From the NCBI GenBank assembly GCA_963817525.1, contig CAWFOU010000007.1:1217379-1281378 (forward strand): 64,000 nucleotides of DNA, written 5' to 3'. The DNA is from an uncultured archaeon. GTDB taxonomy: Archaea; Thermoproteota; Nitrososphaeria; Nitrososphaerales; Gagatemarchaeaceae. This document shows, piece by piece, positions 9,331 through 18,825 of this stretch; the first letter of the stretch is position 1; every line of letters begins with the position of its first letter. Position numbers and translations under genes: made by a program. Under the pieces are notes generated by a model. The model ran no database searches, was not told where the DNA came from, and saw only the letters and a program-made list of their open reading frames with translations.

Positions 9331-10504
9331 CGACGACCTAAAGCGGCTCAGGGACGAGGGCTACGCGGTCGACGTCTCCAACGGTTACCTCTTGGTAAGT
9401 CACGTCCCCTACGTGAACGCCAAAAGGGAGGTGGCGTACGGGACGTTGATATCTCATCTGCAGCTCGCAGGCGACTCCACCGTAAAGTCGCCCGACCACG
9501 TCGCGCTGTGGGCGGGGGACTATCCCTGCGACTCCAGGGGGTCGCAGCTGGCAAGCCTGGTGAACAACCCGAACATCCAGGAGAAAATCCGGGATGACCT
9601 GGTCGCCACTCATTCCTTTTCCCACAAGCCCCAGGGGGGCTACAAGGACTATCACGAAAAGATGACCACGTATGCCCGGATACTGGAGGGAGAAGCCCAC
9701 GCCATCGATCCGAACTCCACCTCTCGGACGTTCTCGGTAGTCGGGCCAGCCGAGGGGGAGCCTACCTTCCGCTACCTGGACACTGCCTCGAGCCGTGCGG
9801 GAATCGCGGACATCAACGAGAAGCTCACGGGAGGCCGAATCGCGATCGTGGGCTTGGGCGGCACCGGGGCTTACGTCCTCGACCTTGTCGCCAAGACTCC
9901 AGTCGGAGAGATCCACCTGTTCGACGGCGACACCTTCCTCCAGCACAACGCCTTCCGTTCTCCGGGAGCTCCGTCTATCGAGGACCTCGCCAAGAAGCCA
10001 ACAAAGGTGGCGTGGTTCGCGGAGACGTATTCCAAGATGCGGAAGCAGATAGTCCCCCACCTGCTGTACGTCGACGAAACGAACGCCGCCGAGCTGAAGC
10101 CGATGGATTTCGTGTTCCTTTGTCTCGACAAGGGAGTGCCAAAGCGGCCTATGGTAGACTATCTCGTCGCTAGCAAGATCCCCTTCATCGACGTCGGGAT
10201 GGGGCTGAACGTCCAGGACGGAGCGCTGGCCGGCCTGGTTCGGGTGACGAGTTGCACGCCGTCATTCCGCGACCACCTAGAGAGGCGAATCCCCTTCAGC
10301 GACGGCGAGGACAACGAGTACTCGCGCAACATCCAAATCGCCGACATGAACGCGTTGAACGCCGCGCTTGCCGTCATCAAGTGGAAGAAGATGCGCGGGT
10401 TCTACGCCGATTTGGAGAAGGAGCACCACACGGTCTATGGGGTCTCCACCAACGTCCTGACGAACGAGGAGGTCGCCAATGAGACTAAAGTCGATAAGGC
10501 CTGA
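9305..10504 (+). CDS. E2-like (DUF6791) plus ThiF/E1 adenylyltransferase fusion
   Basis: N-terminal DLKRLRDEGY/HVPYVN/YPCD domain. C-terminal GLGGTG, FDGD, HNAFR, CLD, DVGMG and NALNA ThiF motifs. Confidence 0.9.
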   Translation: MSLALISRNDDLKRLRDEGYAVDVSNGYLLVSHVPYVNAKREVAYGTLISHLQLAGDSTVKSPDHVALWAGDYPCDSRGSQLASLVNNPNIQEKIRDDLVATHSFSHKPQGGYKDYHEKMTTYARILEGEAHAIDPNSTSRTFSVVGPAEGEPTFRYLDTASSRAGIADINEKLTGGRIAIVGLGGTGAYVLDLVAKTPVGEIHLFDGDTFLQHNAFRSPGAPSIEDLAKKPTKVAWFAETYSKMRKQIVPHLLYVDETNAAELKPMDFVFLCLDKGVPKRPMVDYLVASKIPFIDVGMGLNVQDGALAGLVRVTSCTPSFRDHLERRIPFSDGEDNEYSRNIQIADMNALNAALAVIKWKKMRGFYADLEKEHHTVYGVSTNVLTNEEVANETKVDKA

Positions 10505-10856
10505 GTTTGTGGAATACATCCCCGACGCCGTGAAGGACGGCGTGCTGTACATCTCTGTGCCCTACGCGACGGTGACCCACAAGTGCGCCTGCGGTTGCGG
10601 AGAGATAGTGGTGACGCCCATCAGGCGCACTGACTGGACTCTCACGTGGAACGGAGAAGAGGTGACGCTGAACCCGTCCATCGGGAACTGGAGCCTCCCG
10701 TGCCAGTCGCACTATTGGATTGTCGAGAACCGGATAGTCTGGGCGCGCAGGTGGAGCGCCTCAGAGATAGACGCAGGCCGCGCTAAGGATAGGTACGCGA
10801 AGAGCCGGCGATATGGCGTGCTTCGACGAGGACCGTCGCGCGAGCCTCAGGCCTGA
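10479..10856 (+). CDS. DUF6527-family Cys/His metal-binding protein
   Basis: HKCACGCGEIVVTP...TLNPSIGNWSLPCQSHYWI; coupled to the ThiF gene. Confidence 0.85.
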   Translation: MRLKSIRPEFVEYIPDAVKDGVLYISVPYATVTHKCACGCGEIVVTPIRRTDWTLTWNGEEVTLNPSIGNWSLPCQSHYWIVENRIVWARRWSASEIDAGRAKDRYAKSRRYGVLRRGPSREPQA

Positions 10857-10940
10857 CCCCTAGAACCCAGTCGAGTCTGGATAATCCAGTCCGATTGTGT
10901 AGACAGCTTATATAAAACATGGGCCATACTGAACTCGATC

Positions 10941-11825
10941 ATGATTGATTGGAAGGCCGTCGACGCGGCGTTCTACGCGACGGTCATTGGGCTCTCCATG
11001 GAGCTCGCGTCGAGGGCGGGGTCGCCCATTCTTGCCGCATGGGTCGTGGTCATCTGCTGCGTCGTGCCATTCTACGTCTATTTCAAAGGGGCGGCTCACA
11101 ATCCCTCGGCTTCAAAGCGCATTCGCGGATTGAATCTTTTCATCGGCTCGGTCGCGACCACCTTCGTGCTCGAATTTGGTCTGCCCATCTGGAGCCTTGA
11201 GACGTTCGGACTTGTGGGACTGGGCTACCTCAGCACGTTGATCCTAACGTGGAAATTCTCAAGCTGGGCGGGACGAGAGTTGAAGATCCCGAAGAGGATG
11301 TTCATCTCTTCGGGCTGGGTGTTGGGGAGTTTTGTGGCGATAGCCTCTTTTGTGCTCGCTTCTTTCGTGGGGATAGGCTACGATGTCGGACTCAGAGTCA
11401 TGCTGAGCCTGCCTTTCCTCACCCTCCTCTTGGTCGTCGGTTACCCTTTTGGTCTGCTCGTAGTCTGGGTATCGAAGATCGTGAGACTCGCCCCTGTTCT
11501 CTACTCGCGCCGCCAGTATGGCAGAACCAGGCAACGCAAGAGCTGGCGCGAGAGTCTGCGGGCAAGGCAGGAGTGGAACGACATCTCCTTGCTCACCATG
11601 GGCATGGATAGCGGATTGAAGAGCCGCAGAGTCTTGGTGATGCTAGCCCTCTCGATGGCGTCATTTCTTTCGTTGACATTAACGGCGCACAGCATAGCCT
11701 TCTACGGATGGGGAACCATCGCGTTGCAGGGCGGACTGGCTAACTTGCTTCTTGTAGGGTCTGAGGTGTCCTACTTCCGTTTGGGGCGAGCGGAATTCAT
11801 GAACTCTGCCTGGGTGCCAAAGTAG
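10941..11825 (+). CDS. multi-pass membrane protein
   Basis: About eight hydrophobic segments. TTATATAAA at about 10908. Confidence 0.65.
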   Translation: MIDWKAVDAAFYATVIGLSMELASRAGSPILAAWVVVICCVVPFYVYFKGAAHNPSASKRIRGLNLFIGSVATTFVLEFGLPIWSLETFGLVGLGYLSTLILTWKFSSWAGRELKIPKRMFISSGWVLGSFVAIASFVLASFVGIGYDVGLRVMLSLPFLTLLLVVGYPFGLLVVWVSKIVRLAPVLYSRRQYGRTRQRKSWRESLRARQEWNDISLLTMGMDSGLKSRRVLVMLALSMASFLSLTLTAHSIAFYGWGTIALQGGLANLLLVGSEVSYFRLGRAEFMNSAWVPK

Positions 11826-11905
11826 CGGTCAAATCGTGATGTTGGAGCATGGCGACGAATGTGGCAAACCGCTCGGGAATTGCTTATGCGCCCTCTGCCT
11901 GCGAA

Positions 11906-13738
11906 TCAGTTGTAGATGCCAGGTCCAACGGCGACTAGCGTATAGTTGCCGCTTGTTCCTGGCGGCAGGGTGACCACTTGAGGGTAGATTTGGTCAAAGC
12001 CCGGGGTCGAGTAAGTGATGTTCTCATTATTCCAGTACAATGTCGCCTGTCGTGGATTTGTGTAGAACGGGTCGTTGTTGAGCCATTCCACGGAGTCGTG
12101 TACCTGGAGGAGACCCACAATCGCAGTCGACTGGCCACGATTGTCCAGGACGTATTCTGAACGCACCAGTGCTGAACCATTTGCTAAGGTGTGATAGGTT
12201 ACCGATTCGTCGCAGGTAATCGCCGGGCTTGCCCTCTCGAAATATACCAGACTGAACCTAGTCGTTGAATCCCTGGATTCATTCGTGAATCCGACTACAA
12301 TCGAGCTCACATTCGAGATTGAAGGTGCAAACGAAATCGCCAGATGATTTGCGTTCGCGATTGCGAGAGAATCCCAGACAGATGGGCCATACGGGTCTAG
12401 GTAAGATTCTTCGGATGAGCTTGTCGTGCGGCTGACATTGCTGGGGTTTGGAATGGCGAAGCTATTGACAGAAAAAATAGAGGATCGGGGGACTGATACG
12501 GTCACTGTTTCGTTGAACGACTCGTATGCATCCACCTTGCAACTGCCGGTCGCGTTCACGGAATTCAGGTTGCCGGCGACGGACAGGAAGTAGTTTGCCG
12601 GCGAATAAGGCAGGATCTGATCTATGCCATAAGGCGACGCTTGAGTATCGACCTGTGGAGTGAAGAGTCCGTACTTGGAATCCATCGGCTGAATGAGCGC
12701 TGCAGAGACAAGGACGAGCACGGCAAGAGCAATGAATTTCTTGTTCTTCGCGGTGGTGGTTAGATGGCGGAACCGCCGCACCGTCGCAGATGCCGAACCG
12801 AGCCTCATGTCGTCAGGTCGCAGGTCGCGTAGCAGGCGCAGATATCTAGGGAAGGTGCTTTCTACGAAAAGGAAGGATGCCACGCAAAGAAGGGATGATT
12901 CGACGTCCAGCCCGACAAGCCCCTCCCAGGGGGCTATGACGAGTTGCCGAAAGGAGGCGGGATAGGTGGTGGCGAACGCGGTTGTGATGAGGACGCAGAC
13001 AAGTTCGAGCAGTTGAACCAGGAGAGCGACTGATACCACTCGGCGCCACGGCAATAGCAGTGAGACGCTGTCCTTGAGCACGAGGTACCTGGAAAACCAG
13101 ATCAGCCCAAGTATCACGATTGTGGAGATGAACGACACGGGGTCGAAGGCGAAAACGTTGGCCGTAGAATAGCCAAGGACGAAGCTCAAGGGCCGCATAA
13201 GGGCGTAGATTGATACAAGCATGGACAATCCCAACACCACCTCGGCAGGGGACATTATGGTGCTGAACCGGTCTTCGTGCTCCATGGCCTGGGACGAGGC
13301 GAACATCGATAGGATTTCGTCGGTATCCGCTTGTGCCGTAGTCTCTCCTCTCCGAACGAAGGTGGCCATCCTTGTCCCGTCTCGAACTCTGTGAGGTTTT
13401 CTCGTACTCTCTGGGATTGTGATGAGACCAATGGGGTTTCCTTGGTAGTTGACGAGCTTGGCCGAAAAATCAATGTGCGGGTGACACCGGCTGTTCACGA
13501 CCTGCTGCATGCGAGCCGTGTCGAACGACTTCGGGTCGATTCCGACGACGGCGCCAGACTCGTTCTCGATGCCTATCAGCAGATAGCCAGTGCCGCCGTA
13601 GGTGTTGGCCATTACTGATAAGTCCTTGCAGAACTCGAACTTGCCTTTCTCGCCATCCAAATCAAGCTGCAATTTTCGGTCTACCTTCGTAGTCTCTCCT
13701 TGCGAGATTAGGGAGCCTACGAGGTCTTCGTCGGACAC
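11906..13738 (-). CDS. Schlafen/AlbA_2 domain plus about five TM helices plus an extracellular sequon-rich domain
   Basis: GETTKVDRK, KDLSVMANTYGGTGYLLIGIENE and KPH...FVRRGETT (AlbA_2), then TMs and an N-x-S/T-rich beta domain. Confidence 0.85.
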   Translation of the reverse strand: MSDEDLVGSLISQGETTKVDRKLQLDLDGEKGKFEFCKDLSVMANTYGGTGYLLIGIENESGAVVGIDPKSFDTARMQQVVNSRCHPHIDFSAKLVNYQGNPIGLITIPESTRKPHRVRDGTRMATFVRRGETTAQADTDEILSMFASSQAMEHEDRFSTIMSPAEVVLGLSMLVSIYALMRPLSFVLGYSTANVFAFDPVSFISTIVILGLIWFSRYLVLKDSVSLLLPWRRVVSVALLVQLLELVCVLITTAFATTYPASFRQLVIAPWEGLVGLDVESSLLCVASFLFVESTFPRYLRLLRDLRPDDMRLGSASATVRRFRHLTTTAKNKKFIALAVLVLVSAALIQPMDSKYGLFTPQVDTQASPYGIDQILPYSPANYFLSVAGNLNSVNATGSCKVDAYESFNETVTVSVPRSSIFSVNSFAIPNPSNVSRTTSSSEESYLDPYGPSVWDSLAIANANHLAISFAPSISNVSSIVVGFTNESRDSTTRFSLVYFERASPAITCDESVTYHTLANGSALVRSEYVLDNRGQSTAIVGLLQVHDSVEWLNNDPFYTNPRQATLYWNNENITYSTPGFDQIYPQVVTLPPGTSGNYTLVAVGPGIYN

Positions 13739-13897
13739 AGAGCTAATGATGATGCCACGTTATATATCGATGCACGTCCGCCACAGGAAGCCTGGTGTCG
13801 TTAGGAAAGGCTCATCGAACGCCGCGCCTTTAATCGCCGTTACATTGAAGGAATGAGGTCGGAGTCGTGGTGGACTTCGGCGATATTGGGCTGGATT

Positions 13898-13921
13898 TGG
13901 CGGGCCCGATGGGATTCGAAC
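13898..13921 (-). repeat. tRNA 3'-end remnant (att-like scar)
   Basis: Reverse complement reads GTTCGAATCCCATCGGGCCCGCCA (T-loop, 3' acceptor strand, CCA). It matches the tRNA-Arg 3' end at 20/24 but is inverted and has no 5' half. Confidence 0.75.
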
Positions 13922-14051
13922 TACCCGGGATTCGGAACCCGGGTTCTCCCTGCGGTTCGGATTCGATTGTAGTGTTTTAAGCGGGCTACAGCGTCTGTTC
14001 CGTAAACTATAAGCGTCGGTCGGACAATTTGCGAATTCGGCATCAAAAGCC

Positions 14052-14360
14052 TTGGCGCATAGGGTGAGGCGGAGGAGGACCTGGAGGGACGTTCAAGCGT
14101 CAGTCTTAGAGTGCCTCCTGAATGGGCCTGCGACTCAGAATAAGGTAATGACGTCCACCAACCTGAACAGAGACACGACCGGAACCTACCTCAGAGACAT
14201 GATCTTGGACGGATTCGTCCAGACCCTTGGCGAGTCGAAAGGGCATAAAGTCTATTCGGCCACGGAGAGAGCGAAACGCTGGCTCAAGCTCTACAAGAGC
14301 TTGCTGGATGAGGAAGGGTCGAGTCGCCAAAGCGGGCAAGAACAAGACGAGTCGTCCTAG
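14052..14360 (+). CDS. small winged-helix transcription regulator
   Basis: RRRTWRDVQASVL...KVMTSTNLN...YLRDM...GFV...VYSATERAKRWL is the archaeal wHTH pattern. Confidence 0.8.
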   Translation: MAHRVRRRRTWRDVQASVLECLLNGPATQNKVMTSTNLNRDTTGTYLRDMILDGFVQTLGESKGHKVYSATERAKRWLKLYKSLLDEEGSSRQSGQEQDESS

Positions 14361-14498
14361 CCTCTTGAGATTGGAGGTTTTAGCACCCTGCTCTAGCAAT
14401 CTTCCGAAAAACACGCCTGTGTCCGTCATCTGCAATCCCGGATGATAAATCCGGGATGTTAGATTCTGCATGAGCTTTATATCAGCACTTTCATCACT

Positions 14499-15059
14499 AT
14501 GTCCATGCGGTGGATTAGAAAGAGCAACTCGCAAAGTGCTGAGTTGGGAATTGTAACGCTCGCTGTTATCACGACCATTTTGTTCAGCGTTGCCCTTTAC
14601 CTGAGTCCGGTAGAAAGCGCTGTTCAAGGAGCTGTTCAAGGAGCAACTAATTCTGGAAACGCAAGCACGGCGAGCACGATTGTCGGATACATGTATCAGG
14701 TTTCTATGGCAAATTCGTCGGTAAGCATTTCCCCTGGCGGCTCAGGTACGGTTTTCTTCAACGTCGCATCTCCGATTTCGTCAACATTCTACGCGGCGGT
14801 CACTTCCCAAGGTGGCAGTAACACCTTTCTGTTGCCTATAACGAACGGCACGTCCGATGCTCTATCCATGCCAACGGGTGTCACCGCAGCCTTCTCCCAC
14901 GGCAACGTCTTTGAGGGATCTACCTCGATGATTCCAGTGAAGTTGAGCATTGGCGATCAGACCTCCGGGCAAACTGTTGAGCTCACACTCGTCGTCTACC
15001 AGTATCAGAGCGGTACATATGTGGGCCATCTGACGAACTTTGACGTCGAGGTGAGTTAA
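14499..15059 (+). CDS. membrane-anchored exported protein, family A (paralog of 21836..22396 and of the C-terminus of 20022..20957)
   Basis: Shared NSSVSISPGG, FFNVASP, TFY, PTGVTA and C-terminal FDVEV. Contains a 12-bp tandem duplication (AVQG AVQG). Confidence 0.8.
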   Translation: MSMRWIRKSNSQSAELGIVTLAVITTILFSVALYLSPVESAVQGAVQGATNSGNASTASTIVGYMYQVSMANSSVSISPGGSGTVFFNVASPISSTFYAAVTSQGGSNTFLLPITNGTSDALSMPTGVTAAFSHGNVFEGSTSMIPVKLSIGDQTSGQTVELTLVVYQYQSGTYVGHLTNFDVEVS

Positions 15060-15060
15060 G

Positions 15061-15744
15061 GTGCGACTAAGACCCCTGCTCATAGTCTATGCTTGTTTGG
15101 TCATTCTCTTGCTTGCTCCTGTGGCGGCTCGCGCCTACACCCTATCTTATGGCCCGCCGTTCAGCAGTACTGATTATTCTGCTTATCCTAACAATACCTG
15201 CACCACTGGACTGCTCGTAGGTGGAACATGGAAGGGCTGCACGAGCTTCAGTACATCGTCAGGTGCAGCGAGTCAGTATCTTACCGGTGGCGCTACATGC
15301 GGCGACACTTCGTGCGGAGGCACGCCCGACATCTATGTCTATTTCGTCCCCACAATCACCTCAGACGTGCTTTGTTGCCAGCACGGGCACGTATATTTCG
15401 AAATGGAATATGAGTACGATGGCGCCCTATCAGGAAGCAATTCAGGGTCACAGGTCACCCTAGAGTACGGTTGGCAACAATGTGATAGCAGCGATTTTAA
15501 CTGCACGAATTACAACACGCCGTGGGTGATATGGTCGACAACTAGTACCCTCTCGGAGTCTGGTACTACCGCGTGGGATTTGTACGTAAGTAGTCCCGTA
15601 TCGGGGGATTACTACGGTTTCGGTGGTGGCGCCCAACCGGCGTTGTACATCGATCCTGGCCCTGACGGAACTGGGGGGGCGACAGTAGACTTTTACAATA
15701 GCCCCTACTACATGACCGCCACCGACTTTGAGGCTGACACGTAA
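15061..15744 (+). CDS. secreted Cys/Tyr/Ser-rich protein, family B (paralog of 22402..23145)
   Basis: Signal peptide; PPFS, STSSG, YDGAL, YGWQQC, VIW and VDF patches are colinear with 22402..23145. Confidence 0.8.
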   Translation: MRLRPLLIVYACLVILLLAPVAARAYTLSYGPPFSSTDYSAYPNNTCTTGLLVGGTWKGCTSFSTSSGAASQYLTGGATCGDTSCGGTPDIYVYFVPTITSDVLCCQHGHVYFEMEYEYDGALSGSNSGSQVTLEYGWQQCDSSDFNCTNYNTPWVIWSTTSTLSESGTTAWDLYVSSPVSGDYYGFGGGAQPALYIDPGPDGTGGATVDFYNSPYYMTATDFEADT

Positions 15745-15799
15745 CTTCAGGGCGTTCTTCCGCCATATGTGAGATGCGCCACACTTGCGCGCTCCCCCT

Positions 15800-16438
15800 A
15801 TGAGCTATAGGACCGTTGGGCTCGTGGCATATGGGTTCCAGACAATAGTCGCGAGCGCGACATCAGTCATTCTAACTGCGGGTTTGGTCACTTCGGATGC
15901 GATCCTGGCTGGTACCCGTCCGTACGCTACCTTTTTCGACGTCGGGAATGACGTAGCACTGGGTCTCGTAGCCCTGACTTGGCTGGCAATGGGGATATAC
16001 GAAAAAAAGAATACATTTTTCGCGGCTGGACTCGCTGCCCTTGCTTTGACAATCGGGGGTGAGCTGTTTCTTCGCCTCATCGGCGGCACAGCGTTACGTT
16101 GGGTGGATTTAGCGGTGTTCGTCGTAGCCTATACGGCAATAGTCTCTGCTTTCCTCTTTGCGGGAAGGCTATACCTAATTAGGTTCTTTGGCTATGCGGG
16201 CATCGCGACTCTCCTTACCTTGGTCTTAAACGGAATCTACGGAATGGCATCTATTGCCACTCTCGGGCCGCCCTATGTTTCAACGCAAGGCTCAAGCCCC
16301 CTGGGAACTCTGATAGTCCAGGCCTTCACAAACAATTGGGCTCTCCCCCTGACCCTCAACTTGTTACCAATCGCGGCGTCGCTCTTGGCACTCGCAGGGT
16401 TCAGTAAACTGCCAGATGCCCGCGCAAGCCATAGCTAA
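15800..16438 (+). CDS. 6-TM membrane protein downstream of the A-B pair
   Basis: Six hydrophobic segments; co-oriented with the pair. Confidence 0.7.
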   Translation: MSYRTVGLVAYGFQTIVASATSVILTAGLVTSDAILAGTRPYATFFDVGNDVALGLVALTWLAMGIYEKKNTFFAAGLAALALTIGGELFLRLIGGTALRWVDLAVFVVAYTAIVSAFLFAGRLYLIRFFGYAGIATLLTLVLNGIYGMASIATLGPPYVSTQGSSPLGTLIVQAFTNNWALPLTLNLLPIAASLLALAGFSKLPDARASHS

Positions 16439-16596
16439 ATCACGATGAAGGCCTGATTGAGTCGCACTAAACTTTTGCCAGGACTTACATGCCTGAAGCA
16501 TCGTCAGGCTGCCCGCGAGCTGACGCCGGCTCCCTGTCGCCGGGCAACGTCCAATGCGTTGCTTCCCTGCGGAACGCGATCATCGATTTATGGGTT

Positions 16597-16619
16597 TGGG
16601 CCCCACGGGATTTGAACCC
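16597..16619 (-). repeat. second tRNA 3'-end-like remnant
   Basis: Reverse complement reads GGGTTCAAATCCCGTGGGGCCCA; 17/20 identical to 13902-13921 in the same orientation. Confidence 0.55.
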
Positions 16620-16672
16620 TCACGGGTTCGGCAATTCGAGCCTGCATCGGCATCGCGTTCTTCAGTCGCCGG

Positions 16673-17572
16673 TCAGAGATGAAGTACCCGAAGGAGGGTC
16701 GCCCAATTGTCGAACGTCTGATTCATGAATGCCAAGAGGTAGGGCTCAAGATATGGCGCAGCGGGAATCAAGAGCGACAAGGAGTTCCTGAGGAGCGGAA
16801 AGTTCTCTTCAACCGTTTTCCAGAGAGTCACTCTGTCGACCAGCTGGCCGGCAGGGATTTGCGCGATGTTCGAGACCTCTGTGACGAAATCTGCGCGATT
16901 CTGAGTTCCGAGAGCCCAGATCAGCCGAGTGACGCTGAACAGTCTTGGAGAAGCGAACAAGAGCGCCTCGAGACTGGCCCCTCTCTTGAATTTGAGGATG
17001 CTTCCTTCCGATGCGAGCAAGCGATTGAAGTAACCTATCGAGTCGTCCAGCCATGCCTTCCCCTTGAGTCCATTGTCGCTGAATTGCGAGAGGAGTGTTG
17101 CTCGCAGAAGATAAATGGGCTTTGGCGTCCAAAGGCCTAGCACGGTGCAGAGGAGAGTAAGCTCGATGAAGAAGAAGTAAATCAAGCCGGTGTAGATCCC
17201 TAGGCCGTCTAGCGGTCTCGAAAAGCCCGTCAAGAACCCCAAAACAAGCGTGTACCGGCTCGCGAAGGAAACTGCGATGACTACTAGGGCGGTTGCCTGA
17301 ACGACCTTGACCGTCAATCGGATAGATTTGAAATTCGAGATGAATTCAGAGGGGCGCGCGGTCGAAATCGCGGGGGCGTCATTGTTCAGTCTTCGGCGCG
17401 TCCTCAGACCCATCCATACGGGGATCATAATCGACGCGAGACCAGCGAACACTACCGCTTCTGGAATCCGAAGTATCGCGAGGGTGAGAAACGTGAGTAG
17501 TACAATAACGTCCGCTAGTGAAGCTGACAGGACGATTGAAATGGGTTCGGCGTGTCGCTTTATCCAGGACAT
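16673..17572 (-). CDS. membrane protein (4 TM plus C-terminal soluble domain)
   Basis: Long ORF with hydrophobic segments; start set at MSWIKRH. Confidence 0.65.
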   Translation of the reverse strand: MSWIKRHAEPISIVLSASLADVIVLLTFLTLAILRIPEAVVFAGLASIMIPVWMGLRTRRRLNNDAPAISTARPSEFISNFKSIRLTVKVVQATALVVIAVSFASRYTLVLGFLTGFSRPLDGLGIYTGLIYFFFIELTLLCTVLGLWTPKPIYLLRATLLSQFSDNGLKGKAWLDDSIGYFNRLLASEGSILKFKRGASLEALLFASPRLFSVTRLIWALGTQNRADFVTEVSNIAQIPAGQLVDRVTLWKTVEENFPLLRNSLSLLIPAAPYLEPYLLAFMNQTFDNWATLLRVLHL

Positions 17573-18230
17573 CCTTCCACCCCTCATCTGGTGCCGGCGA
17601 GTACTTAGCTTGGAAGACGAGAATGAGCCGCGTTTCTCTAGCGAGTCAGATCCCCTGGTGGCCTTCTTAGGAAATATCTGGGCCGGGATTGCCGTGTGTT
17701 CAAACTCGTTGCCCCATTTCTGGACAACACTGGGCACGACGGTTGCGGGTGGAAATCTGACTTCGGGAGGAACCTAATAAGATAAACTACCCAAGTTACC
17801 ACCACACGAACTTGCGAACCTCCCCAAGTGAAGCGGTCAGCCCCACCGCTCCTCAATTGGGCAGAGCCCTCCGAAGAGTGAAGTCTTTCCCCGTCTGCAA
17901 TTGTCTGCTTGAGGGGCTCCCGCTCAGGGTTTCCTTGAGTTCTGTGCCAACCTTCTCCTCAGAAGAAATCCGGCGATTCTGTCCATTCTCAGGATCAGCC
18001 TCGCCACAGGATACGCGGCTCCTGCGGCCAACACCGAGAGCAGCGCCTCGCCAAACCACTTGAGGGAGAGGAGATTGTATGATCTATGTGAACCAAGAAT
18101 TAGGCAAGGACGATGCCGTTTGCACCCAACTATCTTTCTCCAAGCCTTGTGGAAGTCGGGCGCAATCGCGAGTCAAGGGTTGCCCCTATGTCAGTCGATT
18201 GCCATCGATTACCATGCCCAAATGTGCGCG

Positions 18231-18772
18231 CTACGATTTGGGAAAGCGAATTTTCAGTATGTTGCCCCTGACGTCTATTTGCAGCTTCCCGGCCGACAAT
18301 GTTTCGTAAGCACCTGAGAGGTAGCTCTTCAGAAAAACAGACCATTTCTCACCATATTTATGGCGCAAAGTTAGTCGATCCGAGCCCTCGCCGCGGCGCC
18401 TTCAATCGTGAACCAATTCCCTGCTTCCGCAAGTATTTTTGTCAGGAACTGGATGAATGTAACTTGAATGCCAATGCTTTCGAAGAGTTCCCGAACCATT
18501 GTGTAGTTCTTTTTCCCCAAGGCGAATCCGTCGACTTCCAAGGAGTCTCGGTTCGCCGTACTCAGTAATGAGGCGAAGGTTTCCTCAGCTAGCTCTATCC
18601 CGTCAAATACGGGAACAAGAGGTTCAATCATCAACGCCCTCGTAAGGACCCGTGTTACGTACATGTTGTCGCTAATATGGAGCCGTCGGGCCGCGCGCTC
18701 AAGGCTGAGGATTAGGCTCGTTTCTAACCGGAATGCCTTGATTTTGGTATGGCTGCGTGTTACCATTTCCAT
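18231..18772 (-). pseudogene. ribbon-helix-helix regulator with a C-terminal domain, frameshifted (paralog of 27330..27842)
   Basis: KAFRLETSLILSLERAARRLHISDNMYV is an RHH pattern. After a 1-nt deletion near 18390 the other frame continues DRLTLRHKYGEKWS...ILKIRFPK, matching the paralog. Confidence 0.75.
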
Positions 18773-18825
18773 GAAGAAGCATGAATAATGTTGGTGCAAC
18801 ATCTATTTAGGGTTGTGCCTTACGC

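Noticed and set aside
13898-13960. Intact or split tRNA gene
   Set aside because: Only the T-loop and 3' acceptor strand are present, with no D-arm, anticodon arm or recognisable bulge-helix-bulge partner; treated as an att scar.
14620-14645. Short tandem duplications (GCTGTTCAAGGA x2; also LSWK x2 at 22408-22440 and GGATTCTAC x2 at 45041)
   Set aside because: Two-copy in-frame slippage events with no sign of a contingency locus.
17740-18230. Several short overlapping ORFs, including a Cys-containing 76-aa ORF
   Set aside because: No consistent codon bias or motif, and partly antisense to the RHH pseudogene; probably degraded DNA.
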